From positions 2,109-66,108 of the forward strand of contig CBFGIV010000006.1 of the NCBI GenBank assembly GCA_965648915.1: 64,000 bases of DNA. Reading direction: 5' to 3'. Of the stretch, positions 37,656-48,071 are shown in pieces. Both the position numbers and the translations under genes were made by a program. Source of the DNA: a candidate division WOR-3 bacterium (lineage in GTDB: Bacteria > Hydrothermota > Tepidihabitantia > SM23-42 > CAYGYG01). Each line of letters opens with the position of its first letter. Within the stretch, counting starts at the first letter, position 1. Below the pieces are notes generated by a model that did not search any database, was not told where the DNA came from, and worked only from the letters and a program-made list of their open reading frames with translations.

Positions 37656-39164
37656 CTAAGGCACTTTTATCGTGATGAACCGGGGACGGCCATTCTGTTT
37701 GACCTGGAATGCCACTAACCTTCCGCTTTTTAATCCCGCAATGATACGGTTATAATCTTCGATATTTCTGACCGGTCGGAGATCGATCTTCATTATCACA
37801 TTTCCTCTCCTTATGCCTGCTTCCTCGGCCGGGCTATTGGGTTCAACATCGATGACAACGACTCCCTGTTTTTCGTTTAAACCGAACTCTTTCGCCTCTT
37901 CAGAGTTGACATCGACGACTTTTAACCCCAGTCGATTTCTGATTGTTTCAGGTTCTTTGCCGGCGACCTCTTCAGGCATCTCAGCGATCCTGGCCCTCAG
38001 GGTCAGGATTTTGCCATTGCGGAAGACCTTGATGGGCACTTCGGCACCAATCCGGGTCTCAGCGACCATAATCCGGAAAGATTCAACATCGGTGACTTTC
38101 TGGTTATTAAATTCGATAATGACATCGCCATCCTTGAGTCCGGCTTGCTCGGCCGGCGAACCGGGTATAACTTCACCCAGCAATACACCTTCGGTACCGG
38201 GTAGATTGAAACTCTCTTTCAGGTCCTCGGTTATTGCCTGAGGATAGACACCGAGATAACCACGCACCACCTTTCCTTTCTGTTTGAGATCGTTGACGAT
38301 TTTACGCGCCAGATTGATAGGGATGGCAAAACCGATTCCAATATTGCCGGCCGACATCCCGGTGGATGTAATGGCGGTGTTGATACCGATTACTTCACCA
38401 TGGATATTTATTAATGGTCCGCCCGAGTTCCCGGGATTAATAGCCGCATCGGTCTGGATAAAATTTTGGTAGACCGGTCCTTCGGGTAGGGAGATACCGG
38501 ATCTCCCCTTGGCACTGATCACGCCGACGGTTACAGTTCCATCAAGGGCAAAAGGGTTGCCGATGGCAATTGCCCAATCACCGATCTTTATCTTGTCAGA
38601 ATCGCCCAATCGGGCAATGGGTAATGGTTCGCTGGTCTCGATTTTAAGCAGGGCAAGGTCGGTCCTGGAGTCGGTACCTACAACTTTTACCGATGACCCC
38701 TTAAACTCTTTCTTGTTCATCAATTTTATGATGATCTGATCCGCATCACGGATAACATGATTGTTGGTCAAGATATAACCGTCGGGATCGATAATCACAC
38801 CGGAACCGAGGGTCTGGGTTTTACCAATCTGCGGTGGAAGTTCGCGAAAGAATTCCCGGAAGAACTCTTCAAAAGGACCGCCGAAGGGAAAGGTAGAACC
38901 GCCGGGTGACTTGATAAATTTCCTTTCGGCACTTATGTTGACCACAGCTGGCATTACCTCGTTGGCAACTTTTACAAAAGGACTTTCACCTTCCTCGGTA
39001 ACAAGGGGGAGAGGTGTTTTTTTCTCAATGGTGCGCGTCTGGGCCTGAACCGAGTTGGTCAAAGATCCAAAATTGGTAGCAATAGTCAGACCGAGAAAGA
39101 ATGCAAAAATGACTGCAACGGCGATGATAACACCGGCTGTGCGGAGTGAAATTTTTCTTTCCAT
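37656..39164 (-). CDS. htrA: Periplasmic serine endoprotease DegP/HtrA with two PDZ domains
   Basis: 502 aa. TM/signal. Catalytic triad contexts TNNHV, DLALLK, GNSGGPLIN. Two PDZ domains. Confidence 0.9.
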   Translation of the reverse strand: MERKISLRTAGVIIAVAVIFAFFLGLTIATNFGSLTNSVQAQTRTIEKKTPLPLVTEEGESPFVKVANEVMPAVVNISAERKFIKSPGGSTFPFGGPFEEFFREFFRELPPQIGKTQTLGSGVIIDPDGYILTNNHVIRDADQIIIKLMNKKEFKGSSVKVVGTDSRTDLALLKIETSEPLPIARLGDSDKIKIGDWAIAIGNPFALDGTVTVGVISAKGRSGISLPEGPVYQNFIQTDAAINPGNSGGPLINIHGEVIGINTAITSTGMSAGNIGIGFAIPINLARKIVNDLKQKGKVVRGYLGVYPQAITEDLKESFNLPGTEGVLLGEVIPGSPAEQAGLKDGDVIIEFNNQKVTDVESFRIMVAETRIGAEVPIKVFRNGKILTLRARIAEMPEEVAGKEPETIRNRLGLKVVDVNSEEAKEFGLNEKQGVVVIDVEPNSPAEEAGIRRGNVIMKIDLRPVRNIEDYNRIIAGLKSGRLVAFQVKQNGRPRFITIKVP

Positions 39165-39288
39165 AAGACCTCCTTATAAAAGTTTCAAGGTTTCCTCGCC
39201 TTGTTGTCGATTACCTGAATGGGTGGGGGTTGATTTTCTTTTAATGTCATAATGCAATGGGTAGAAAGATAGAAAAATAAACCTTACT

Positions 39289-39747
39289 TTATTTTACATC
39301 TATTTCAATCTCTTTACGACGGGCCTGTTCAGCCTTAGGCAGGTTGATGGTTAAAACCCCGTCTTTATATTGAGCCTTCACCTTGTTATTGTCGACTTCA
39401 GCCGGAAGGGAGATATTGCGATAGAACTTACCGTAGGCACGCTCAATTCGATGAAAGGTTTTGCCTTTCTCTTCGGCTTCATACTTTCTTTCGCCGGACA
39501 GGGTCAGGGTGTTACCGACGACCGACACCTTGATATCTTCTTTCTTCAAACCGGGGATTTCAGCGCGTACCAGAATTTCGTCAGCAGTCTCTTCAATATC
39601 AACCAGGGGTAACCAGATCCCTTCTTTCCTTTCCCTTTCGGGTAGTCGACCGAAGAAAGAGTCAAATATACGATCCATATCTTCACGGAGCGAAGCGATT
39701 TCACGGAATGGATCCCAGAGCATTAAATTTCTTGGCATATCTTTCAC
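39289..39747 (-). CDS. Hsp20/alpha-crystallin family small heat-shock protein
   Basis: 152 aa. Alpha-crystallin domain with AEIPGLKKEDIKV...GVLTINLPK. Confidence 0.9.
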   Translation of the reverse strand: MKDMPRNLMLWDPFREIASLREDMDRIFDSFFGRLPERERKEGIWLPLVDIEETADEILVRAEIPGLKKEDIKVSVVGNTLTLSGERKYEAEEKGKTFHRIERAYGKFYRNISLPAEVDNNKVKAQYKDGVLTINLPKAEQARRKEIEIDVK

Positions 39748-39757
39748 CTCCTTTCGG

Positions 39758-40096
39758 TTACTTTTTTAACTTTCTACCCATTGCATTATCGATCGAACTT
39801 AATTCTTTTAATCTATCCCCTCTTTGACCTTCCAGATTCTTTATCGTTTCGACAATATCTTTCACCTTCTGGTTACGAACCGCGTTCCGCACTCTTTTAA
39901 CAAATATCAGTTCATACAAGATGCCACCGAGGTCAGCGAAGCTTCTCTCCAGTCGGCGATTCAGATCATATAATTCGAGTTTCAATTTACCTTTGCGCGT
40001 AAGAATTTCTGCCTCCCGGGCTACAGTCTGAGAAGCCTCGCCCAACCAATTTTTGACATCCTGATATAGATTTTTCATATTCTGACCTTTAGACAT
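39758..40096 (-). CDS. Hypothetical coiled-coil protein
   Basis: 112 aa, heptad-rich, no family recognised. 10 nt upstream of hsp20 and 21 nt downstream of frr, so co-transcribed. Confidence 0.4.
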   Translation of the reverse strand: MSKGQNMKNLYQDVKNWLGEASQTVAREAEILTRKGKLKLELYDLNRRLERSFADLGGILYELIFVKRVRNAVRNQKVKDIVETIKNLEGQRGDRLKELSSIDNAMGRKLKK

Positions 40097-40117
40097 CAGG
40101 AGTCGATAAAAGTTTAT

Positions 40118-40675
40118 TTAAACTTCCATTATCTCCTTCTCTTTCTTTTTCAGAATCTCGTCGATCATTTTGATATTATCATCGGTTAATTTCTGGATAC
40201 GGTTCGTCAGATGGCGAGATTCATCTTCCGAGATAACTTTTTCTTTTTCCTGTTTCTTGGTAAATTCGTTTGAGTCCCTCCGGACATTGCGGATGGCAAC
40301 CCGGGCATCTTCACCCAATTTATGGGCAACCTTGATTATCTCCCGTCGCCGCTCTTCAGTTAGAGGGGGTATCGAAATCCTTATCACATTGCTGTCATTA
40401 TTAGGCACCAGCCCGGTCTGAGATTTATAGATGGCCTTCTCAATCTCGGGGATGATACTCTTGTCCCAGGGTTGAATTACAATTGTTTTCGGGTCGGGGA
40501 TGCTGATCGCAGCAATTTGATTGATGGGAACCTGATTGCCATAGTAGTCGACCCTGATACTGTCAAGAAGGGCAGGGGTTGCTCGTCCGGTTCTGAGTTT
40601 TGAGAGTTCCTGGGTGAGAAATTCAATGACTTTTTTCATCTTCTTTTTTGCTTCTTCCTCAATATTTTGTGCCAT
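40118..40675 (-). CDS. frr: Ribosome recycling factor
   Basis: 185 aa, full-length RRF conservation (IRVDYYG...PLTEERRRE). Confidence 0.95.
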   Translation of the reverse strand: MAQNIEEEAKKKMKKVIEFLTQELSKLRTGRATPALLDSIRVDYYGNQVPINQIAAISIPDPKTIVIQPWDKSIIPEIEKAIYKSQTGLVPNNDSNVIRISIPPLTEERRREIIKVAHKLGEDARVAIRNVRRDSNEFTKKQEKEKVISEDESRHLTNRIQKLTDDNIKMIDEILKKKEKEIMEV

Positions 40676-40718
40676 TGAGCCTCCTTATAGTTATTCAAAT
40701 TGCTATGGTATCTCTTCA

Positions 40719-41408
40719 TCAAGATATGGTTGAGCCAATTTTGGGGTTAGAGAGTAATTCAGATATTGAATGTTTATGAAAATTAAAGATACGAATCTTG
40801 ATCTTATGCTCAGCACAGAGGCTGAAGGCGGTTAGATCCAGAACACCTAATTTTTTTATTATTGCCTCATCATAAGTAAGCCGGGGATAAAATTTTGCAT
40901 TTTTATATCTAACCGGGTCACGGTCGTAGACCCCATCGACCTTGGTTCCTTTAATTATGATATGCGCACCCAATTCGACCGCACGCACTGCAGCGGCGGT
41001 GTCGGTTGTAAATGCGGGATTACCCGTGCCAAATACCAGGATAAGGACATACCCTTGATTGTAAAGATGGCGTGCCTGATAAAGATTAAAGAGTTGAGCA
41101 ATCCCGGCCACCTCAACGCCACTGAAGATTTCAGTCCGGATCTTATTCTTTTCAAGATAGTATTTGAGCAGCAGACCGTTGATAAGGGTCGCAATCATCC
41201 CCATCCAGTCAGCCTGAACCTTTTCTATTCTTCTTAGATCTCTTCCCCGGCAGATGTTACCACCACCAACAACGACACCGATTTTGCAGCCACTCTGCTG
41301 TAATTGTTTAATATCTTGAGTCAGTCGCTGAAAGGTGGCAAATGAAAAATTGCCTTTCCCACCTAACATTTCACCGGAGATCTTTATGATGATTCGTTTA
41401 TTAACCAT
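40719..41408 (-). CDS. pyrH: Uridylate kinase
   Basis: 229 aa. Amino-acid-kinase fold KISGE...GVVVGGGN...FGTGNPAFTTD. Confidence 0.95.
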   Translation of the reverse strand: MVNKRIIIKISGEMLGGKGNFSFATFQRLTQDIKQLQQSGCKIGVVVGGGNICRGRDLRRIEKVQADWMGMIATLINGLLLKYYLEKNKIRTEIFSGVEVAGIAQLFNLYQARHLYNQGYVLILVFGTGNPAFTTDTAAAVRAVELGAHIIIKGTKVDGVYDRDPVRYKNAKFYPRLTYDEAIIKKLGVLDLTAFSLCAEHKIKIRIFNFHKHSISELLSNPKIGSTIS

Positions 41409-41466
41409 CTCACCTGTCCGCTATTTTACCTTGTAACCCACCTGCACCAGTTGTTTTTAATATATC

Positions 41467-42054
41467 TTATTCGCCCAGTTTAAATCGAATAAAACGACGA
41501 ATTACGATATTCTCACCGAATTTCGCAACCTGCTCTTTGATACATTCGCCCACTGTTTTTTCAGGCGATTTTATAAAAGGCTGTTCCAGCAGACAGACAT
41601 CAGAGTAGAACTTTTCTAATTTATTATTAATGATCTTCTCAATAATATGAGGGGGTTTGCCCGAACCGGCAACCTGGCTTGAATAGATTTCTTTTTCCCT
41701 TTCGATTATTGACTTCGGTAAATCTTCGCGACTGATCGCGATCGGATCGGTAGCCGCGATCTGTAGGGTAATATCGCGCACAAAACGTCGAAACTCGGGA
41801 GTCCTTGATACAAAATCGGTTTCACAGTTAACCTCGACCAGAACACCAAGGCGCTCTCCCGGATGAATATAAGCATCGATAATACCCTCTTTGGTAACTC
41901 GTCCAATCTTCTTGGCGGCCTGAGCAAGTCCCTTTTTACGCAGAACCTCGACCGCCTGTTCCAGATCGCCATTTGTCTCAATTAATGCATTCTTACAATC
42001 AACTATCCCGGCTCCGGTTCTTTCGCGTAATTCACGAACCTTTTCAAGATCCAT
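41467..42054 (-). CDS. tsf: Elongation factor Ts
   Basis: Start taken at ATG 42054 ([27 protein letters not shown]-like N-terminus). The longer 42126 ORF would overlap rpsB by 80 nt. Confidence 0.9.
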   Translation of the reverse strand: MDLEKVRELRERTGAGIVDCKNALIETNGDLEQAVEVLRKKGLAQAAKKIGRVTKEGIIDAYIHPGERLGVLVEVNCETDFVSRTPEFRRFVRDITLQIAATDPIAISREDLPKSIIEREKEIYSSQVAGSGKPPHIIEKIINNKLEKFYSDVCLLEQPFIKSPEKTVGECIKEQVAKFGENIVIRRFIRFKLGE

Positions 42055-42847
42055 GTGGGCTCTCCTTCTCAATACCAATCTCCTCGGGCGGTTCTTCAAA
42101 TCCTTTTCTTCCTTCGAGGACGGCATCAGCTATAACCTTGGTGATGATTTCTATGGAACGAAGGGAATCGTCATTTGCCGGGATTGGATAATCGACCAGA
42201 TCAGGATCGACATTAGAATCGGTAATGGCAATGGTTGGTATCTCAAGACGGTGTGCTTCACGGACGGCGTTTATCTCTTTGTTGACATCAACAATATAGA
42301 CAACACCGGGGAGACTATCCATATCTTTTATACCGCGGAAGACCTTTATTAACTTGTTGTATTCTTTTTCAAGGCTTATTATTTCTTTGGGAAATAATTG
42401 ATTGATACGGCCGTCTTCTTTCATCCGTTCGATTTCCTTTAATCGTGCAATCCTTTGCGAGATTGTTTGAAAATTAGTTAATAACCCACCTAACCACCTT
42501 TCCGTAACAAAGGCTGCACCGCAGCGCTTCGCTTCTTCCTCAATCACATCTTTTGCCTGCTTTTTTGTCCCGACAAAGAGAATGCCTTTACCTTTCTCCA
42601 TATTCTTGATGATGACGGCACATGCCTGGCGGAGACATTCCACGGTCTGATTGAGATCAATAATGTGGATCCCCTGTTTTTTCCCAAAAATATATTTGGC
42701 CATCTTGGGGTTCCATCTCTTTGTGCGATGACCGAAATGGACACCGCATTCAAAAAGTTTTTTGATATCGATGCGGTCGAGCAATTGAAATCCCTGATCT
42801 TTAACGTTTGGAGAACTGGAAACGTTTACGCCGTTTTGCCAGACCAT
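42044..42847 (-). CDS. rpsB: 30S ribosomal protein S2
   Basis: 267 aa, canonical S2 ([13 protein letters not shown]...). Confidence 0.95.
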   Translation of the reverse strand: MVWQNGVNVSSSPNVKDQGFQLLDRIDIKKLFECGVHFGHRTKRWNPKMAKYIFGKKQGIHIIDLNQTVECLRQACAVIIKNMEKGKGILFVGTKKQAKDVIEEEAKRCGAAFVTERWLGGLLTNFQTISQRIARLKEIERMKEDGRINQLFPKEIISLEKEYNKLIKVFRGIKDMDSLPGVVYIVDVNKEINAVREAHRLEIPTIAITDSNVDPDLVDYPIPANDDSLRSIEIITKVIADAVLEGRKGFEEPPEEIGIEKESPHGS

Positions 42848-43190
42848 ACTTCATCCTCTCTTTTTCTCTGGGATCTCGTCGCAAAAGTCCTGCCGCCTTG
42901 AGACTCGGTTTAACATCGGGATTATACTGAATCAAAGCACGGGCAATACCTAATGATATGGCACCAGCCTGTCCCGAAATACCGCCGCCCGATACTTTTG
43001 CTTTAATATCGACATTCCCCGCCAGTCCTGAGACCTGGAGTGGAATTCTGAGAAGATCAACAAGGTCTTTCCGCCCGAAGTATTTAAGAGGGTCGGCTTC
43101 GTTTATAGTGATTGAGCCGGTCCCGGGGAGGAGCCAGACTCGAGCAGTAGCCCTTTTTCTTGTACCGGTAGCATAGACTACATCGGCCAT
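42801..43190 (-). CDS. rpsI: 30S ribosomal protein S9
   Basis: 129 aa, C-terminal [29 protein letters not shown]. Confidence 0.95.
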   Translation of the reverse strand: MADVVYATGTRKRATARVWLLPGTGSITINEADPLKYFGRKDLVDLLRIPLQVSGLAGNVDIKAKVSGGGISGQAGAISLGIARALIQYNPDVKPSLKAAGLLRRDPREKERMKYGLAKRRKRFQFSKR

Positions 43191-43253
43191 AAACCTCCTT
43201 CAATCTAAGCGATCACCTTAAATTCACTTAAATTATAAAGCATCAAATCTAAC

Positions 43254-43682
43254 CTAAATATTCAATTTCTGTATCGAAATATGGGTATAGGGATGGGTTT
43301 CGGTACAGAAAATTTTAAGTCTTTTGAGTCTTTTGATCCTTAAGCGATTTTTGGGAAGCATCCCAGATACCGCATGGTAGATAATCCTTTCCGGTGCCCG
43401 CTGATAGATTTTCTCCAGACTTAAGGCTTTTAATCCACCTGGATAACCGCTGTGGCTATAGTAAATTTTATTGGTAAATTTTCTTCCGGTTAGTTTGAAC
43501 TTATCAGCATTAATTACCACGACAAAATCACCCGAGTCAATATGGGGTGTATAAGTTGGTTTATGCTTTCCGATTAGAACCCGGGCAATTTTTGAACACA
43601 TTCGGCCAAGGGTAAGGCCCTGGGCATTAACCAGATACCAGGCACGTTCAATTTCTTCAGGTTTTTTTACTTTTGTTTTCAT
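43254..43682 (-). CDS. rplM: 50S ribosomal protein L13
   Basis: 142 aa, canonical L13 (WYLVNAQGLTLGR...). Confidence 0.95.
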   Translation of the reverse strand: MKTKVKKPEEIERAWYLVNAQGLTLGRMCSKIARVLIGKHKPTYTPHIDSGDFVVVINADKFKLTGRKFTNKIYYSHSGYPGGLKALSLEKIYQRAPERIIYHAVSGMLPKNRLRIKRLKRLKIFCTETHPYTHISIQKLNI

Positions 43683-43762
43683 TCAAGACTATAAATATAT
43701 TCGGATATTACAATTTGTCAATATCTGATGTTTTAAAACAGGAATTAAATTTTTATGAAATC

Positions 43763-45031
43763 TTATCTTATGATAGTTAATCTTATTACTTCTGTTTTTT
43801 CAGGAGTTATTAAACAACCATAGTATATACCGACGGGAAGTTTCTTGCCCGAATTGTCATCACCCGACCACACAACTGGCATCGTTAGATCAGAGAGTTC
43901 AGAGATATGATTAAAAGATTTAATAACCCGGCCCGATATATCATAAATTGTCAATGTCGCCTTCTGCTTCTTATTTATTATGCTTTTCTCATCGCATATC
44001 TGATATTTAATAAAAGTTCTATTATTAAATGGATTGGGAAAAGATGTAAGATGTGCGCCCCGGGTTTTTTGGTAATGGGTGATGTTTTCTTTGATTTTTG
44101 CGATAACTTCGCCTTCTTCATTTATCTGATACATACCCTGGGGCCAGCCGCCGATCGCATAAATTTTGTTGCCAACTGCACCGACATCGAGTTCACGCCG
44201 TCTGGTATTCATCGGTGTTTCAACTACCCAGTTATCGGTCAGGGGATCGTATACTTCAACCGTTGCTACCTCACCGGTTTGGGCAAGTCCGCCACACACA
44301 TAGATTTTACCATTAACTACCGCTGCTTCAGGATGATAACGGAGGGTTGGGATACTTGCCTTAATCTGCCATGGTGTGCCGCCGGCTGTATCACTTGATG
44401 GGGTATATTCATAGGTCGGTCCAACATCGCCGTTGTTATTTCTTCCGGCCGCGACGTATATTTTATCTCCAACAACTTCTGAGGCAAAGAAACCCCTTGG
44501 TTGAGGCATCGATGTTTTAGTGGTCCAGGTGTTAATAGCGGGATTAAATTCTTCAACCACATTGCTGAAGAATCCACCAATTGCATAGATCTTACCGTTG
44601 ACGGTTTCGGCTCCGAGTCCTGATCGGCCTACGGACATACTGGTTTTTGGTGTCCAGGTATTAGTTGCAGGATTGTATTCTTCGACAACAGTCAGGGCAC
44701 TTGAGGAACCATTCCATCCGCCAATGGCGTAGATTTTATCATTAGCAACACAAACGGCAAGAAAACCTCTTGGTGTTGGCATTGGAGACCGGGTGAGCCA
44801 GGTGTCAGTTGATGGGATATATGCCTCACAGGCACCGGTTGCACCGCTGGGTGAACCGTTTGTCCAACCACCGATACAGTAGACTGTATCTCGAACCACA
44901 CCAATCCCCAGACCATCCCGGCCAGTGGGCATCTGATTTTTAAAGTTCCAGTTGATGGTCGAATAAAGGGTTTGAAAAGGGAAAAGTGATATGATTAAAA
45001 ACATATAAATTTTTTCTCTTTTCATTTTCAT
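43763..45031 (-). CDS. Secreted Kelch-repeat beta-propeller protein with T9SS C-terminal domain
   Basis: 422 aa. Signal peptide. Six or more Kelch blades (IYAIGGW / IYVAAG / IYVCGG with W/T-W spacing). C-terminal FPNPFNN...LTIYDISGRVI...GIYYGCL T9SS tail. Confidence 0.6.
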   Translation of the reverse strand: MKMKREKIYMFLIISLFPFQTLYSTINWNFKNQMPTGRDGLGIGVVRDTVYCIGGWTNGSPSGATGACEAYIPSTDTWLTRSPMPTPRGFLAVCVANDKIYAIGGWNGSSSALTVVEEYNPATNTWTPKTSMSVGRSGLGAETVNGKIYAIGGFFSNVVEEFNPAINTWTTKTSMPQPRGFFASEVVGDKIYVAAGRNNNGDVGPTYEYTPSSDTAGGTPWQIKASIPTLRYHPEAAVVNGKIYVCGGLAQTGEVATVEVYDPLTDNWVVETPMNTRRRELDVGAVGNKIYAIGGWPQGMYQINEEGEVIAKIKENITHYQKTRGAHLTSFPNPFNNRTFIKYQICDEKSIINKKQKATLTIYDISGRVIKSFNHISELSDLTMPVVWSGDDNSGKKLPVGIYYGCLITPEKTEVIRLTIIR

Positions 45032-45042
45032 TTCCTACTTTT

Positions 45043-45639
45043 TTAAAAAAATCTATAAACAATACCAATCTGGTTCACCCCGGACTTTATTCCGAAACCG
45101 GATAATCGGGGTGTGAAAAAGGCGACATCGATAATTGAAGCAACACGGTTAAACAGGGTTAAACCAATGCAGAAAGAAGCCATCCTTAATGCCTCACGAC
45201 CCGCCTTTCTCTTTTCCCAGTAGAGGATAAATTCATTTTCTGAAGGCCATTCCCAGGTATCTTCACCAAAATAGCCGTTGCTCTGGATATACTCTTGCTG
45301 TTTGCGGAGGTCATCGGGATAATAGTAACTTGCGTCTCTTTCGACTGCCTCATTGTAGGCTTCTGATGTCATATACTTTTCAAGCGCCTTCAGATACCTT
45401 TCGTCTTTATTGGCGGCATTGGCTCCGGCCATTTCAACTGCATAGGTATGGGCATTGTCATTCATTTCGCCTGAATAATAGTTAAGACCGCCATAGAGAA
45501 GCCAGAGTCCACCTTCGATTACGAAAAATATTTCACCCTTACTCTTTTTTTGTAATGTCCATTCACCCCAGCCCGGCACAAGTGCTGATCGCAAGATTGG
45601 TTCATTGAAGAGGGTAAAGATCGATATAACCAATAACAT
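45043..45639 (-). CDS. Hypothetical protein (N-terminal hydrophobic segment; W/Y-rich)
   Basis: 198 aa, no family assignable from sequence. A TTGACT-N16-TAAAAT promoter-like element lies immediately upstream, and the gene is 12 nt from the Kelch gene. Confidence 0.35.
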   Translation of the reverse strand: MLLVISIFTLFNEPILRSALVPGWGEWTLQKKSKGEIFFVIEGGLWLLYGGLNYYSGEMNDNAHTYAVEMAGANAANKDERYLKALEKYMTSEAYNEAVERDASYYYPDDLRKQQEYIQSNGYFGEDTWEWPSENEFILYWEKRKAGREALRMASFCIGLTLFNRVASIIDVAFFTPRLSGFGIKSGVNQIGIVYRFF

Positions 45640-45723
45640 AAGATTATTTTATGGTAAAAATATTAAAAGTCAATAGTGACTGTCGCAGGATTAAGTTTTT
45701 TAATTCGAAGTTAAATGGAAAAC

Positions 45724-47385
45724 TTAAACTATTTTTATCCCTGCTTTGCGGGCAAATTTCCGGGCCTCTTCATATCCGGCATCGGCATGCCGGACAATAC
45801 CTAAGCCTGGGTCATTGGTCAGGACTCGTTCGATTCTCCGCTCCATCTCTCTGGTCCCGGTACAGACCACAACCTGACCGGCGTGGATTGAATTACCGAT
45901 GCCGACACCTCCACCGTGATGAACCGAAACCCAGGCTGCACCTGAGGCAGTATTCAATAAAGCATTGAGGATTGGCCAGTCGGCAATTGCATCAGAACCG
46001 TCTTTCATCCCTTCGGTCTCACGGTAGGGAGAAGCGACGGATCCCGTATCAAGATGGTCCCGGCCGATGACGATTGGTGCTGAGATTTTTTTCTTACGAA
46101 CCAGCCGGTTGATCAATACGCCGAATTTATCCCGTTCACCAAAGCCAAGCCAGAGGATGCGGGCGGGAAGACCCTGGAAAGGTATCTTGATCCGGGCGAG
46201 TTCGAGCCAGCGTCGGATTGAAGGTCGGTCGCCGAACATCTTGAGTGCTTCAGCATCGGTGGTGTAGATATCTTCTTTCTTACCCGAGAGAGCAACCCAG
46301 CGAAAAGGTCCGCGGCCCTCGCAGAAGAGGGGACGGATATATTCCTGGACAAAACCCGGGATAGCGAAAGCTTTTTCCACTCCGGCCTTTTTTGCCTGAC
46401 CACGAATATTATTGCCATAGTCAAATGCGATTGCCCCTCTTTTTTGCATTTCAAGCATTGCCTCCATCTGTCGGGCAATCGATTCATAAGAATGTTTAAT
46501 ATAATCCTGTGGATTTTTCTCCCTCAATTCAAGTGCCTCTTCCAGAGACATTCCACCCGGGACATAACCATTCAATTCGTCGTGGGCTGATGTTTGGTCA
46601 GTAAGGATGTCGGGAGTTATATTACGCCTGACCAATTCCGGATGGATCTCCGAGGCATTACCGACCAGACCGACCGATAACGGTCTTTTGTTTTTAACTG
46701 CATCAAAGACTAATTTCAGGGCCTCTTCAAGATCGGTAGTAATTGTATCACAAAAACCGGTGTCAACCCGACGTTTGATTTTTTTGATATCGACTTCAAC
46801 ATCGAGGATAACACCTTCGTTCATTGTAACGGCCAGGGGCTGAGCGCCGCTCATACCTCCCATACCGGCGGTTAAAACCCATTTACCTTTTAATGAACCA
46901 CCAAAATGTTTTTGTCCACAGGCGGCAAAGGTCTCATAGGTGCCCTGGATTATACCCTGGGTTCCGATATAGATCCAGGAACCGGCGGTCATCTGGCCAT
47001 ACATCGTTAATCCTAAGGCCTCGAGCCTCCTGAATTCATCCCAGTTTGCCCAGGCGGGAACAATAAGGGAATTCGCGATCAGGATGCGTGGTGCGTAATT
47101 AAAAGTTTTGAATATGGCTACCGGTTTACCAGATTGGATGAGAAGAGTTTCATCGTTTTTTAGTCGACGCAGTGCCGATATAATTTTCTTAAAATCAGGC
47201 CAGGTCCGGGCAGCCTTGCCCGTTCCTCCGTAGACAATGAGTTTTTCCGGACATTCAGCAACTTCAGGATCGAGGTTGTTCTGGATCATCCTCAAGGCTG
47301 CTTCCTGAATCCAGCCTTTACAGGAAATTCTAATACCGCGTGGTGCCCGAACCGGTTTATAGATAAAATTTTCTTCTCTTTTCAT
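45724..47385 (-). CDS. hutU: Urocanate hydratase (urocanase)
   Basis: 553 aa, full-length HutU conservation including the NAD-binding GGMSGAQP region. Confidence 0.9.
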   Translation of the reverse strand: MKREENFIYKPVRAPRGIRISCKGWIQEAALRMIQNNLDPEVAECPEKLIVYGGTGKAARTWPDFKKIISALRRLKNDETLLIQSGKPVAIFKTFNYAPRILIANSLIVPAWANWDEFRRLEALGLTMYGQMTAGSWIYIGTQGIIQGTYETFAACGQKHFGGSLKGKWVLTAGMGGMSGAQPLAVTMNEGVILDVEVDIKKIKRRVDTGFCDTITTDLEEALKLVFDAVKNKRPLSVGLVGNASEIHPELVRRNITPDILTDQTSAHDELNGYVPGGMSLEEALELREKNPQDYIKHSYESIARQMEAMLEMQKRGAIAFDYGNNIRGQAKKAGVEKAFAIPGFVQEYIRPLFCEGRGPFRWVALSGKKEDIYTTDAEALKMFGDRPSIRRWLELARIKIPFQGLPARILWLGFGERDKFGVLINRLVRKKKISAPIVIGRDHLDTGSVASPYRETEGMKDGSDAIADWPILNALLNTASGAAWVSVHHGGGVGIGNSIHAGQVVVCTGTREMERRIERVLTNDPGLGIVRHADAGYEEARKFARKAGIKIV

Positions 47386-47437
47386 AATAAATAAATATAT
47401 TTATGAAATAAGAAAAGTCAAGGTCGTTATTTAATTG

Positions 47438-47466
47438 TTGACAGTTCGGTGAAAATGGTTATATTG
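47438..47466 (+). promoter_or_regulatory. Candidate sigma-70 promoter (TTGACA-N16/17-TATATT) about 160 nt upstream of the RRM protein gene
   Basis: TTGACA 47438-47443. TATATT/ATATTG at 47460-47466. A second TTGTTA-N16-TATAAT lies closer, at about 47567-47595. Confidence 0.4.
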
Positions 47467-47624
47467 TTAATACCATATCGAGGTCGAGCAGTGAAAAAAT
47501 CTTGCCGTCCCGCGGTTCGTCTCAAGATGAACAGGGCAATCAGTCTGTAGGTTTAATGTGTTAGTAATGTTTGTTAAAATGTTTTTTCGGGATATAATGT
47601 TTTAAGATAAAAAAGGAGAAAAAG

Positions 47625-47921
47625 ATGAATATCTATGTTGGCAATCTGGCACGCGAAGTTACCGAAGATGAACTTAAGAAGGCCTTTGAATCTTTTGGCC
47701 AGGTGGCTTCGATTACTATTATCAAAGATAAGTTTAGTGGCGAATCGCGCGGTTTTGGTTTTATCGATATGCCGAATAATAATGAGGCTCAGGCAGCAAT
47801 TAATGGCTTGAATGGCAAGGAGTTAAAAGGTCGAGCTATTGTTGTGAATGTTGCCCGCCCCCGCACTGAACAGAGAGGCGGTGGTGGCAAGAGAAGAGAG
47901 AAGGGACGCAGACTCTGGTAA
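47625..47921 (+). CDS. RRM-type (RNP-1/RNP-2) glycine-rich RNA-binding protein
   Basis: 98 aa. RNP-2 IYVGNL, RNP-1 RGFGFIDM, RGG-rich tail. AAGGAG RBS. Confidence 0.85.
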   Translation: MNIYVGNLAREVTEDELKKAFESFGQVASITIIKDKFSGESRGFGFIDMPNNNEAQAAINGLNGKELKGRAIVVNVARPRTEQRGGGGKRREKGRRLW

Positions 47922-48071
47922 TAAGTTTTCGAAGAACGATTTTGCAATTTTTTAAAGAAGATAATATCTGATCTAACAGAAAGGCAGGCCTGACCTGCTG
48001 ATTCGCATAAGCGAATCTTGATTAGGCAGTGATGGATAAATATCCGGATATAAATTAAGGATGGAGATTCT

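Noticed and set aside
39165-39288. Sigma-32/sigma-E heat-shock promoter upstream of htrA (CTTGAAA and CCCCAT-like strings present)
   Set aside because: The two elements occur in the wrong order and spacing (CCCCCACCCAT precedes CTTGAAA, which abuts the RBS), so a sigma-32 call is unsupported.
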